A stretch of 64,000 bases of DNA from Oscillospiraceae bacterium (GCA_015065215.1 SVQT01000002.1:29595-93594); one strand, 5' to 3'. Positions 9,278-17,189 are shown, counted from the first letter of the stretch. Numbers and translations are program-made. Notes: generated by a model not told the origin, from the letters alone.

Positions 9278-10813
9278 ATGAGAATTGCTTTGATTGCCGA
9301 CCTGCATCTGTCGGATGTAGAAAACACACCGCAGGAGGAGGCCTTTGACTGGGCGTTGGAGGAGCTGCGGCGCTTGCAGCCGGATGCCTGTGCGTGGCTT
9401 GGCGATATTACTGCCTGCGGTGCCACCGATGCTGCGATCCGTTTTTGCGAAAGGGTGAACAGCTTGCCTTTTCCGTCGGTGATCGTTCCCGGTAATGCGG
9501 ATATTCGCACCCCTGAAACCGCGCCGCTGCTACGCCGATTTCTGATCAATTGCCCGCGTGGCTTGCAGGTCGGGGACGTTCGCTTGGTTGGTGTTGATAC
9601 TGCTGACGATCGCATTTCCGCAGGGGAGCGGGAGCGTCTTGCCCGTATTGCGAGTGGAGAGGACATTTTGCTTTGCAGTCACCAGCCTGCCAAATATCTG
9701 GATGAGGATTCCCGCGCGTTTTTGAAAAATTGGATCGCGTCACAGCATGCACGCGGCGGCCGCGTCCTGCTTTGGGCAAGCGGTCATCGCCATGTATATG
9801 AGCAAGGGGAATTTGAAGGCGTTCCTACGGTCTCCTTGCGCGCGCTGGACCCGGATAAATGCATCCGCGGCTCGGCGCAGATCCTTGTTTTCGATACCGT
9901 TACGGGACTTCCCGGCGTAGAGGAGGTCTGTTATACCCGCGGAATGCCCGAGGCGTGGAGCGATGCCCAGCGTGCGGAGCTTGCCGGTGCGCTTGGCATC
10001 ACCTGCTACAATAGGAGCAAGGTGGAACGGGATATGCCCTTTGTCATTGCAAACGGTGTGCGCCATTTGGAATGGCGGAGCATCGGCGAGGGGGAGCTTG
10101 CTCTGCTGGAGCGCTGGCGCAAAAACGGCGGCGAGACCTTTTCGCTGCATCTGCCATCCCTCGGATTTGATACGGATGTGCTGCATGCGGAAAAATTTCG
10201 CGCATCGGCGCAGGATGCTGTCCGCGCGGAGGCAAATATGGTCACCGTTCATCCGCCGCATCTTCCTACTGAGCTGATGCAAGGCGGCTCAAATGCCTTT
10301 GATGCCCTTGCGGACACCATGGCAGAGGCTCTGCTGCCCGTGGCGCAGGCAGGGATCGATATTTTAGTGGAAAATAACCACACGTCCCCCGGTACCAAAC
10401 GGGATATTCTAAAGATGCCTTACGGCTGCACGCCCATGGATATACTGGGCTGGCGGAACGCTTTGCGCGAGCGGCTTGGCACCGATAGCTGCCATTTGCG
10501 CCTTGACGTGGGGCACGCGCGAAACAATATGCCGCTTTCGCAGGAGTATCCGATCGGCAAATGGTACGCGCAGATCGGCCCCTTGGCAAACGCCTACCAT
10601 TTGCATCAGACCGTTTTTTCAAAAGAGGATAAGAAGATGCACAATCACCACCCCATTACGGGTTGGCACGATAGTTTTGTTTCCTTTGACGGCTTTTTGT
10701 GGGCGTGGCATGCGAGGATCTTGCGCCACGGCCCCGTGATTTTAGAGATCCGCGAGGGTGAGGGCGCCCCCGCCACCTGGCTACGGTTGCAGAAGCTGCT
10801 ATGCGGCGAGTAA
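9278..10813 (+). CDS. fusion protein: calcineurin-type metallophosphoesterase (N) + xylose-isomerase-like/AP-endonuclease-2 TIM barrel (C)
   Basis: N-terminal half has DLHLSD, LGDIT, PGNADI and SGHRH. C-terminal half has FSLHLP, LVENNH, LDVGH, YHLH and ILEIRE, typical of AP_endonuc_2 barrels. Start is ATG 9278 after AAGAGGG. Confidence 0.75.
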   Translation: MRIALIADLHLSDVENTPQEEAFDWALEELRRLQPDACAWLGDITACGATDAAIRFCERVNSLPFPSVIVPGNADIRTPETAPLLRRFLINCPRGLQVGDVRLVGVDTADDRISAGERERLARIASGEDILLCSHQPAKYLDEDSRAFLKNWIASQHARGGRVLLWASGHRHVYEQGEFEGVPTVSLRALDPDKCIRGSAQILVFDTVTGLPGVEEVCYTRGMPEAWSDAQRAELAGALGITCYNRSKVERDMPFVIANGVRHLEWRSIGEGELALLERWRKNGGETFSLHLPSLGFDTDVLHAEKFRASAQDAVRAEANMVTVHPPHLPTELMQGGSNAFDALADTMAEALLPVAQAGIDILVENNHTSPGTKRDILKMPYGCTPMDILGWRNALRERLGTDSCHLRLDVGHARNNMPLSQEYPIGKWYAQIGPLANAYHLHQTVFSKEDKKMHNHHPITGWHDSFVSFDGFLWAWHARILRHGPVILEIREGEGAPATWLRLQKLLCGE

Positions 10814-10821
10814 AAAAAACA

Positions 10822-10858
10822 AAACCCTTGAAAACGGTATCCGTTTTCAGGGGTTTTT
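10822..10858. terminator. bidirectional intrinsic terminator
   Basis: CCCTTGAAAACGG TAT CCGTTTTCAGGGG flanked by an A-run and a T-run, between convergent genes. Confidence 0.8.
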
Positions 10859-10863
10859 GGATA

Positions 10864-11106
10864 TTATTCCAATCCGAGTAGGTAGGCAGGGGAGACCTTT
10901 AGGATTTTGGCAAGCACCAATAGCTCATAGTCTGCAACAAAGCGATCACCGATCTCAATGCGGCTGACACAATCGCGCTCTACGATTACACCCTCTATCT
11001 GCAATTTTGCCGCTACCTGCTCTTGCGTGAGCTTTAATTTCTTTCGCAACTCCTTTACCCGAGGTCCGCAAATATTCTTTTTACCGTTAAAGTCGTAAAT
11101 TTTCAT
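10864..11106 (-). CDS. XRE-family HTH transcriptional regulator (copy 1)
   Basis: HTH_3 pattern LKLTQEQVAAKLQIEGVIVERDCVSRIEIGDR. Start is ATG 11106, with GGAG 6 nt upstream. The track ORF extends to 11154 without an RBS. Confidence 0.85.
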   Translation of the reverse strand: MKIYDFNGKKNICGPRVKELRKKLKLTQEQVAAKLQIEGVIVERDCVSRIEIGDRFVADYELLVLAKILKVSPAYLLGLE

Positions 11107-11141
11107 ATCGAACTCCATTTGTGCTAAAGATGAGAATTTAC

Positions 11142-11170
11142 TTGACTTTATCATTTTTTTGCGATATAAA
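11142..11170 (+). promoter_or_regulatory. sigma-A promoter of the small AbrB-type gene
   Basis: TTGACT (11142-11147), 17 nt, TATAAA (11165-11170). Confidence 0.55.
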
Positions 11171-11220
11171 TGTGGTAAAGATCAGAAAAATGAAATTGTA
11201 TTTGCAAAAAGAGGGCAAAA

Positions 11221-11391
11221 ATGGAAAAAATCGGTATTATAAAGGAAATCGACAAGCTGGGGCGAATTCTGATCCCCAAGGAGCTACGGGAGAGATATGG
11301 CCTTGCGCAACAAGTGGAGATCGTTGCCACAGAACAAGGCTTGCTTCTCAAAAGTCCCGAATTTATCTTGATAAAGAAACGCAAAAAGTAA
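11221..11391 (+). CDS. AbrB/SpoVT-type swapped-hairpin DNA-binding protein, 56 aa (copy 1)
   Basis: My own translation, because the gene is below the track cutoff: MEKIGIIKEIDKLGRILIPKELRERYGLAQQVEIVATEQGLLLKSPEFILIKKRKK. It matches the B. subtilis AbrB N-domain pattern (..GIVRKVDELGRVVIPIELRR..LEI....KIILKK). RBS is AAGAGGG. Track ORF 11121..11474 is in the wrong frame. Confidence 0.8.
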   Translation: MEKIGIIKEIDKLGRILIPKELRERYGLAQQVEIVATEQGLLLKSPEFILIKKRKK

Positions 11392-11424
11392 AAGGAAACC
11401 GTGTTACGCGGCTTCCTTTTACTT
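11391..11424. terminator. intrinsic terminator between the AbrB-type gene and the MBL gene
   Basis: Stem AAAGGAAACCG / CGGCTTCCTTT (one mismatch) followed by TTACTTTT. Confidence 0.6.
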
Positions 11425-11428
11425 TTGG

Positions 11429-12712
11429 TCATACTTTTTTGTCGGTAAAGATCTCAACGTCCTCACCGTTGTGATAGTGCTTGCGGACCTTAAATTCGTC
11501 GTTGCGCAGTACCCAGTTATACTCGTAGCCGCGCTGGAAGCCCAGCATGCGGCCATCGGTGTGGAAGCGCCATGCATCAACGGTCCAGAGGCAAATGTCG
11601 GGGTCAATAACGGTGTTCAGATCGGTGCTGCCGCCGTTGGCACCGTGGTGGGTGGGCTGCAAAATATCGCTTTTCAGATAGCTGCCGTACTTATAGAACA
11701 TCTGATGGCAGATGTCGCTTTCGCAGTCGCCCAGCACCATATAGGTTTTTCCCTTGAACTTGAAGCGGAAGGCGGAGCCGGTGTGGTTGCCCCAGGCATA
11801 GGACTTGGGAAAGTAATCCTCATGGGTGTGCAGGATCTCCACCTCACATCCCGGAAAGCTCATACGCTGACCGGTGTGGATCTTCCAATGGGTGGCACCC
11901 GCGATCTCAAAGCCCTTGACAATGTGCTGTAGCGTGATGTGCAGGATGTCACTGGGCTCGTTCTTGATGGGGTGCTTTAAGGGATCGGGGAGATTGTATG
12001 CGGCAAGGCGCACCTCCACCTTGTCCTTGTATTTGCGCAAAAAGTCGCCTGCAAGGTCGACGTGGTCGCTGTGTCCGTGGGTGATGAACCAAGCTGCCAC
12101 CACGGGCTTTTGACCCTCGGGCGTTCGCTCGCAGAGCAGGCGGTAGAGCTTGTCACAGTCGTGCTCCTCGCTGGGGGCGGCATCCACCCATTCGCCGTCT
12201 ACAAACGCCTTGGTAAAGTGCTGCTCCCGCTGACGGGGGCCGCCGTCGATCAGAATAAAGCTGCCGTCGGCCAGGGTAATGATGTTCGCCATGCCGGGTG
12301 CGCCGGTGGCGGGCTGGCTGTTCCATACGCCGTTTCTGGCATATTGCAGCACCGAGGTGCGGTGGTTACCGCTTGCAAACACCGCATCATCCTGCACGGG
12401 CAAAAAGCCCTTCTTGCCCCACACCACACGGGCGTTGCCGCGGATGGGATAATACATCAGATGCACGGCGTATTCCACGCCCTCCGCATCGGTCACAAGG
12501 AAGGTGGCAAAGTGGTTGCCCGCGATCTCATTTTTGGCATAGAGCTTCGCGTTTGTCGCGGAAATCGCGGACACGTATGCCGAAAATTCCGCCAACGTGG
12601 TGCCTACAATGGAAACGGCGGTGTTGCCGCCCTCGCAGTCATAGGGCTGCGAGATCTCGCCGATCTTCGCTTCATAAATGGGGAGCAGCTCGCAGATCTG
12701 ATAGCTTTTCAC
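11429..12712 (-). CDS. MBL-fold metallo-hydrolase
   Basis: HxHxDH motif ITHGHSDHVD. GTG start lies 8 nt after AAGGAG. Confidence 0.8.
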   Translation of the reverse strand: MKSYQICELLPIYEAKIGEISQPYDCEGGNTAVSIVGTTLAEFSAYVSAISATNAKLYAKNEIAGNHFATFLVTDAEGVEYAVHLMYYPIRGNARVVWGKKGFLPVQDDAVFASGNHRTSVLQYARNGVWNSQPATGAPGMANIITLADGSFILIDGGPRQREQHFTKAFVDGEWVDAAPSEEHDCDKLYRLLCERTPEGQKPVVAAWFITHGHSDHVDLAGDFLRKYKDKVEVRLAAYNLPDPLKHPIKNEPSDILHITLQHIVKGFEIAGATHWKIHTGQRMSFPGCEVEILHTHEDYFPKSYAWGNHTGSAFRFKFKGKTYMVLGDCESDICHQMFYKYGSYLKSDILQPTHHGANGGSTDLNTVIDPDICLWTVDAWRFHTDGRMLGFQRGYEYNWVLRNDEFKVRKHYHNGEDVEIFTDKKV

Positions 12713-12724
12713 TGTCTTTTCTCC

Positions 12725-14866
12725 TTATACGTTCAACTGACGCAGAACAGGCTTTCTGCTCTTGGGGCGATAGAGATATACGTATTCGCTCTCCATGCCG
12801 TTCTCGGCGGCAAGGGTCAGGATCACCTTGTTTTCGCCGTCTGCGCGGGGCAGTACAAAGCGCACCGTGGGGCCACGCTTGTGGCTGTTGGCATCCGTCT
12901 CGGCGCTCCACTCCAGCAGGTCAAAGGTCTCCTCCCCCACTCTTGCGGTCACGTGCACCTTGCCGCTGACCGCCTCGGGGGCGTCGTTGAGCAGCCAAAG
13001 CTCTGCTTCAAAGGTCTCGCCTTCCTTCCAGTCAAAGCGCGGGATCTTGGCGCTGAACAGGGTAGGGCGCATCGCCTTTTGCACGTAGTAATAGCAGGGG
13101 TTGGGCTTGGCGGGGTAGGTGATCAGCTCATTGCCCGCGGCGGTGATCCAGGGCTCGTTGTAGTCCCAGTTGATGCCCATGCTGCAATGCGGCCACTGAC
13201 GGCGCATCTCCTCAAAGGCACCGCGATAGCCCTCGTTTTGCATCCATTGCTGTCCTTCTACCATTGCCTCCAGGGAACTCGGCTCGCCGAGGTAGCGCTC
13301 GTAAACGTCCTGGCAGACCCATCTGCTCTGTCCCCATGCCTTAAAGCCGTGGTGCGCGACCCACGCCTCGGTCTCCTTGATGGGGAACAGCTCGTCTGCG
13401 GGGATAATTTTTTTCAAGGTCTCCACATCCGAGATCGAGGGCACACCGAACTCGGTGTAGGCGGTGTTATAGTTGTTTTGGAACTGCTGCATCACGTCGC
13501 CGCCCTGATCCTCGGCGTAGAACACGTAACCGCCGTGTGCCATGCCGTAAAGGGGAGAGGTGTAAAGGAAGGGACGCTTGTAGTCCAACTCAAAGCAGAG
13601 CTTGTTGAGAAGGCGCAGGGGAGCGGATTGCTCATCCATGCCCGACCAGCCGTTAAACAGCTCGTTGCCGCCGCACCAGAAGGCGAGAGCGGGGTGAGAG
13701 CGGAACTTTTTGATGATGCCGGTGGCCTCGTTTTCCAGCGTTTTCATATAGTTGCCCACATCCTGATACTTGTTGCAGGCAAGCATAAATTCCTGCCAGA
13801 TCAGAATGCCTTCGCGGTCGCAGATCTCATAAAAGCTCTCCTTGGGTGTGCCCGCACCGCCCCACATACGAAAGATGTTCATGTGGCATTCCTTGGCGTA
13901 GCGGATCAGCTCCTCGTAGCGCTCGTGGGTGATCTCGCCCCAGAACAGCTCGGGGTTGACCCAGTTAGAGCCCTTGCAAAAGATGCGGCGGTTGTTCAGC
14001 TCCACGGTGATGGGAGCCTCGTATCTGCCCTTGGGGAACTCCTTCGGGCCGGTGGCGCCCGTGTTGCGCAGCAGACGGATGCGGCGGAAGCCCAGCTTGC
14101 CGGTGCGCTCCTCTTTTTCGTTGCGCACGATCCAGGTGTAGAGGTAAGGGGTGCCTTGACCGTTACACCACCACAGCTCGGGGGCGTTTACGGTGAATTG
14201 CTTGTCGGTACCCCGGTAAATCTCCTTCCCCTCGGCATCCAACAGCAAAACCTCACAGGGCAGAGCGCAGTCAAAGGTGCAGCGAACGGTGCCCACGCAA
14301 AGATCATCACTGACGTCAGAGAGCACCTCACAGTCTGCGATATAGCTCTCACCACGGGTCTCGATATAGGTGTCGTCCCAGATACCTGAGATCAAGAGAC
14401 GGGGGTTCCAGTCCCAGCCGTAATACACGGGGGGATTGCAGGACTCGTTTGCCTCGTCCCGCGTGCCTGCCTTGCCCCGCGCACTCTTGGGATGGGGGTA
14501 GATGTGCACCGTCAGCGTATCGTTTCCCGTCAGCTTATCGGTCAGATCTATCTCGTGGCCGCGGAACATACCCTCGTAGGAAAGCAGTACCTCGCCGTTT
14601 AAGGCCACGTCATATTCATATTGAATGCCCTCGGTGACGAAAAAGACGCGTTCTCCGTCCCCCTGATCGTATTGCAGTTGGGTGCGATACTCCCAGTGGT
14701 CGTCCTCCAGGGGCAAAAACTGCTTGTAGTTGTCGGCAAACTGCACATCGGCAAAGCCGTTGGCTACAGCGTAATTCTTTTGGATATTGCCGGGAACGGT
14801 GGCGGGGAACCAGGCATCTCTGCCCTTGGTACAGCTTCTGCCCTCCCAGGTTTGATAGAATTTCAT
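12725..14866 (-). CDS. glycoside hydrolase family 2 (beta-mannosidase/beta-galactosidase-like)
   Basis: NIFRMWGGAGTPKESFYEICDREGILIWQEF and WCGGNELFNGW. Start is ATG 14866 after GAGGT. The track ORF starts at an upstream GTG at 14896. Confidence 0.82.
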   Translation of the reverse strand: MKFYQTWEGRSCTKGRDAWFPATVPGNIQKNYAVANGFADVQFADNYKQFLPLEDDHWEYRTQLQYDQGDGERVFFVTEGIQYEYDVALNGEVLLSYEGMFRGHEIDLTDKLTGNDTLTVHIYPHPKSARGKAGTRDEANESCNPPVYYGWDWNPRLLISGIWDDTYIETRGESYIADCEVLSDVSDDLCVGTVRCTFDCALPCEVLLLDAEGKEIYRGTDKQFTVNAPELWWCNGQGTPYLYTWIVRNEKEERTGKLGFRRIRLLRNTGATGPKEFPKGRYEAPITVELNNRRIFCKGSNWVNPELFWGEITHERYEELIRYAKECHMNIFRMWGGAGTPKESFYEICDREGILIWQEFMLACNKYQDVGNYMKTLENEATGIIKKFRSHPALAFWCGGNELFNGWSGMDEQSAPLRLLNKLCFELDYKRPFLYTSPLYGMAHGGYVFYAEDQGGDVMQQFQNNYNTAYTEFGVPSISDVETLKKIIPADELFPIKETEAWVAHHGFKAWGQSRWVCQDVYERYLGEPSSLEAMVEGQQWMQNEGYRGAFEEMRRQWPHCSMGINWDYNEPWITAAGNELITYPAKPNPCYYYVQKAMRPTLFSAKIPRFDWKEGETFEAELWLLNDAPEAVSGKVHVTARVGEETFDLLEWSAETDANSHKRGPTVRFVLPRADGENKVILTLAAENGMESEYVYLYRPKSRKPVLRQLNV

Positions 14867-14885
14867 TTCTGTTACCTCGTTTCTT

Positions 14886-17189
14886 TTAAAATTCACTCAT
14901 CAGCGCGGCATGCTCGCTTTGCAGATGTTGAATGGAGTTGATTTTTTCGATACCGTTTGGCACCTTTTCAAGGGGAACGGCGTGGAAGAAGGTCGAAGAG
15001 CATTGCTTTAAGGTCAGTCGCAGCGTGGTATAAACTTCCCCCTGATAGGATAGCAGCTTGCTGTTTCTCGCTTGCGTTTTACCGGTGTGCGGGTTCCACT
15101 CCTCAACGGTAAAAGCGCCGCGTAGCAATACATGGTGGTTGTAGTCCGCCACTGTCGTGTTAGAGAAATAGTAGATCTCACAATCGTCATAGCGCTTGTG
15201 GATGTGATTCAGCATACCGCCGCCGGGCATTCTGCGATGCAGACCGATGGTACGGAATTCGGGATAGACAGAGTTGAGCGCGCCGGTGATCTCCAAACGG
15301 GGCATGCCAGGCAGATAGATGTCAAAGGGCAACGAGAAGGAGTTGAGCGCCTGATTGACGGTAGAGCTGCGTGTCATATGGGTGCCATCCGCCGCCGAAG
15401 CGTTGAAGTACAAAAAGATCGCTTCGCCGCCCTTAGCGCTTTTGTTATAGCAGTAATCCCGCATCAAGGCGGGGTTACAGGCCTCCTCGCCAAAGATTTC
15501 TTTTGTGAGCAGTTGCACCGCCTTGTCGTTTTCGCCCTTTTCATCATATTCAAAGGCTTTTGACGGCAATAGACCCGTAGCAAGAATTTTGCCGCCCTCG
15601 TCAAAGAATTTTTTCAGCACGCGCAGATTTTGCAAACTGATGATCGAGGTGGCAGGCAGAACCAGTACACGGAAGGATTCTTTGTTTCGCTGGTTATCCA
15701 GATACAGCACGCCACCCTCGGTATGGCAACGGGTGTTCAAAATTTCGGGGTGCAAAACCGTGAGATCATGCCCGGAATAGATCGAGATTGAGTTGATCAG
15801 GGTCATATAATCGGCGGTAAAGGGGGTCGAGGGATACTCGTAACCGCTCACCTGTGAAAAATAGAGACCGCTTTGGCTGTGCAGATGATAGATGGGGTAG
15901 AGCATGGCAATGTCCGCCACGTGCTGGCCGCCCTGTAGCATGGTCTGCACACGGGCCGCCAAATCGCAGAAATCACTGTTTTCGGTTAATGCCTCGGGCA
16001 GGTGAACGGCGGTACAGTTCACACCGCGCGCAAAGGCGTTCATGGCGTCTTTATAAAGTCGCTCCTTATCATGGGTGGCATAATTGCGGAACAGCTCCGC
16101 GTTCACACGGTCCACATCAAAATTGTAGGCTACGCCCGCGACAATTTTGACCGAATTGGTGCCGTACATATAGGCCTTGTCAAAAAGGGCACAGGGCGAG
16201 AGCGCGTTGTTCAGCATGGCGTCGCCGATCGAAAAGGAACAGGCGGTCAGCTTGGGCTCAGAAAGGCTACCGAAGGGGATCAGTCCCAGCTCATCCGCAA
16301 AATCATGTAGCGCTTTGAGGATACCGTTTTGCAGCAGCGAGGCGCGAACTGTCATAAAGTAGGCCTTGATGTGCGCGGTGTCCTTACCGATTGAACCGAA
16401 CAGAGCGGGGTAGTAGGGGGCGGGATCAAAGCCGAAACGGTCGGTAAAGACCCGGTTGAAGGAAATATCCCAGGCGCGGCGGTTTTGACCGTGGAACCCC
16501 ACACCGGAATAGGCGATCAAATTGAGCGTTTTTCCCAAAAAGGGGGCAAACGTGTCAGAAAAAAGCGAAAAAACAGCGCGCAGATAGCCAAGAGATGCCT
16601 CATAGGAAAGGTAATTGGCGCCCTCTCGGTCTGTGTCCTCGGAAAGGAGATATTCTTTGATGATGTAGTTGCCGTGGGGTACCTCCCAAAGCAGGGTCCC
16701 GTTTGTGACAAAGGGGCGCAGATCAATAAGGTCACAGGTCTCTTCGTCAAAAGCGACCAAGGAAAGGCGTTCCCCCGCGGTCAGGCGCCGCTTGGTTGTT
16801 TGGCCTTGCTCACAGACATATTCCCGACAGGTCAGCAGCTTGGCACGGAGCGCGTGCTCGCCAATCTCGCCCATGGCGTGGATAACGCCATGCTCATAAG
16901 CGGGATCCAGATAAAAGCCGACAGAAAGCCCTTTTTCGCTGGCAAGCGTCAGGATCAAGCGGTAGAGCGCTTTGACTGTTTCCAGGCCGGCGCTGTTCAG
17001 CTCGGTGCCGAAGGCCAGCTGAGGGATCAAGGTGCCGCACCCGCAGCGGCCGCATTTTTCCACCTGGCACGCAACCTGCTTTTGCAATTCTTCGAGGGGG
17101 GCGCTTAAGGGTGGGAGCTCAAAATAATAGATCGGGCGCCGATCGTTATGGGGGGATTGAAATCCCGCGCGTTTGGTGGCGCTTGTCAT
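14886..17189 (-). CDS. 767-aa hypothetical protein, possibly a large glycoside hydrolase of unassigned family
   Basis: Strong RBS GGAGG and long intact ORF. The C-terminal layout (RVLVLPATSIISLQNLRVLKKFFDEGGKILATG; EIYYFSNTT...VEEWNPHTGK) is seen in large bacterial glycosidases. There is an N-terminal Cys cluster, CGRCGCG. Confidence 0.5.
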   Translation of the reverse strand: MTSATKRAGFQSPHNDRRPIYYFELPPLSAPLEELQKQVACQVEKCGRCGCGTLIPQLAFGTELNSAGLETVKALYRLILTLASEKGLSVGFYLDPAYEHGVIHAMGEIGEHALRAKLLTCREYVCEQGQTTKRRLTAGERLSLVAFDEETCDLIDLRPFVTNGTLLWEVPHGNYIIKEYLLSEDTDREGANYLSYEASLGYLRAVFSLFSDTFAPFLGKTLNLIAYSGVGFHGQNRRAWDISFNRVFTDRFGFDPAPYYPALFGSIGKDTAHIKAYFMTVRASLLQNGILKALHDFADELGLIPFGSLSEPKLTACSFSIGDAMLNNALSPCALFDKAYMYGTNSVKIVAGVAYNFDVDRVNAELFRNYATHDKERLYKDAMNAFARGVNCTAVHLPEALTENSDFCDLAARVQTMLQGGQHVADIAMLYPIYHLHSQSGLYFSQVSGYEYPSTPFTADYMTLINSISIYSGHDLTVLHPEILNTRCHTEGGVLYLDNQRNKESFRVLVLPATSIISLQNLRVLKKFFDEGGKILATGLLPSKAFEYDEKGENDKAVQLLTKEIFGEEACNPALMRDYCYNKSAKGGEAIFLYFNASAADGTHMTRSSTVNQALNSFSLPFDIYLPGMPRLEITGALNSVYPEFRTIGLHRRMPGGGMLNHIHKRYDDCEIYYFSNTTVADYNHHVLLRGAFTVEEWNPHTGKTQARNSKLLSYQGEVYTTLRLTLKQCSSTFFHAVPLEKVPNGIEKINSIQHLQSEHAALMSEF

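Noticed and set aside
8473-9666. 397-aa - strand ORF. The same applies to other long antisense ORFs: 28245..29498, 29932..30939, 31905..32861, 51678..52892, 56411..57349, 58598..59566, 60423..61559, 5058..5984 and 38760..39593.
   Set aside because: All are antisense to genes with recognisable family motifs. They are Arg/Gly/Ala/His-rich, lack an RBS and often bridge two real genes.
10829-10842. cre-like CcpA site TGAAAACGGTATCC (13/14 to TGWAANCGNTNWCA)
   Set aside because: It lies inside a terminator hairpin downstream of a gene. The other AAACGGTA copies do not fit the cre consensus, so catabolite-control sites do not explain the motif family.
10864-11391. XRE/AbrB pairs as toxin-antitoxin modules
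   Set aside because: No toxin-like ORF (PIN, MazF, RelE, HipA, Fic etc.) is adjacent to either pair. Both partners are DNA-binding folds.
11121-11474. 117-aa ORF (+), and likewise 25156..25344
   Set aside because: These are the wrong reading frames over the 56-codon AbrB-type genes. The shorter frames have an RBS and a clear family match.
12062-14389. 775-aa + strand ORF
   Set aside because: It is antisense to the MBL and GH2 genes and spans their intergenic gap. Its composition is dominated by G/A/V/L/R and it has no start context.
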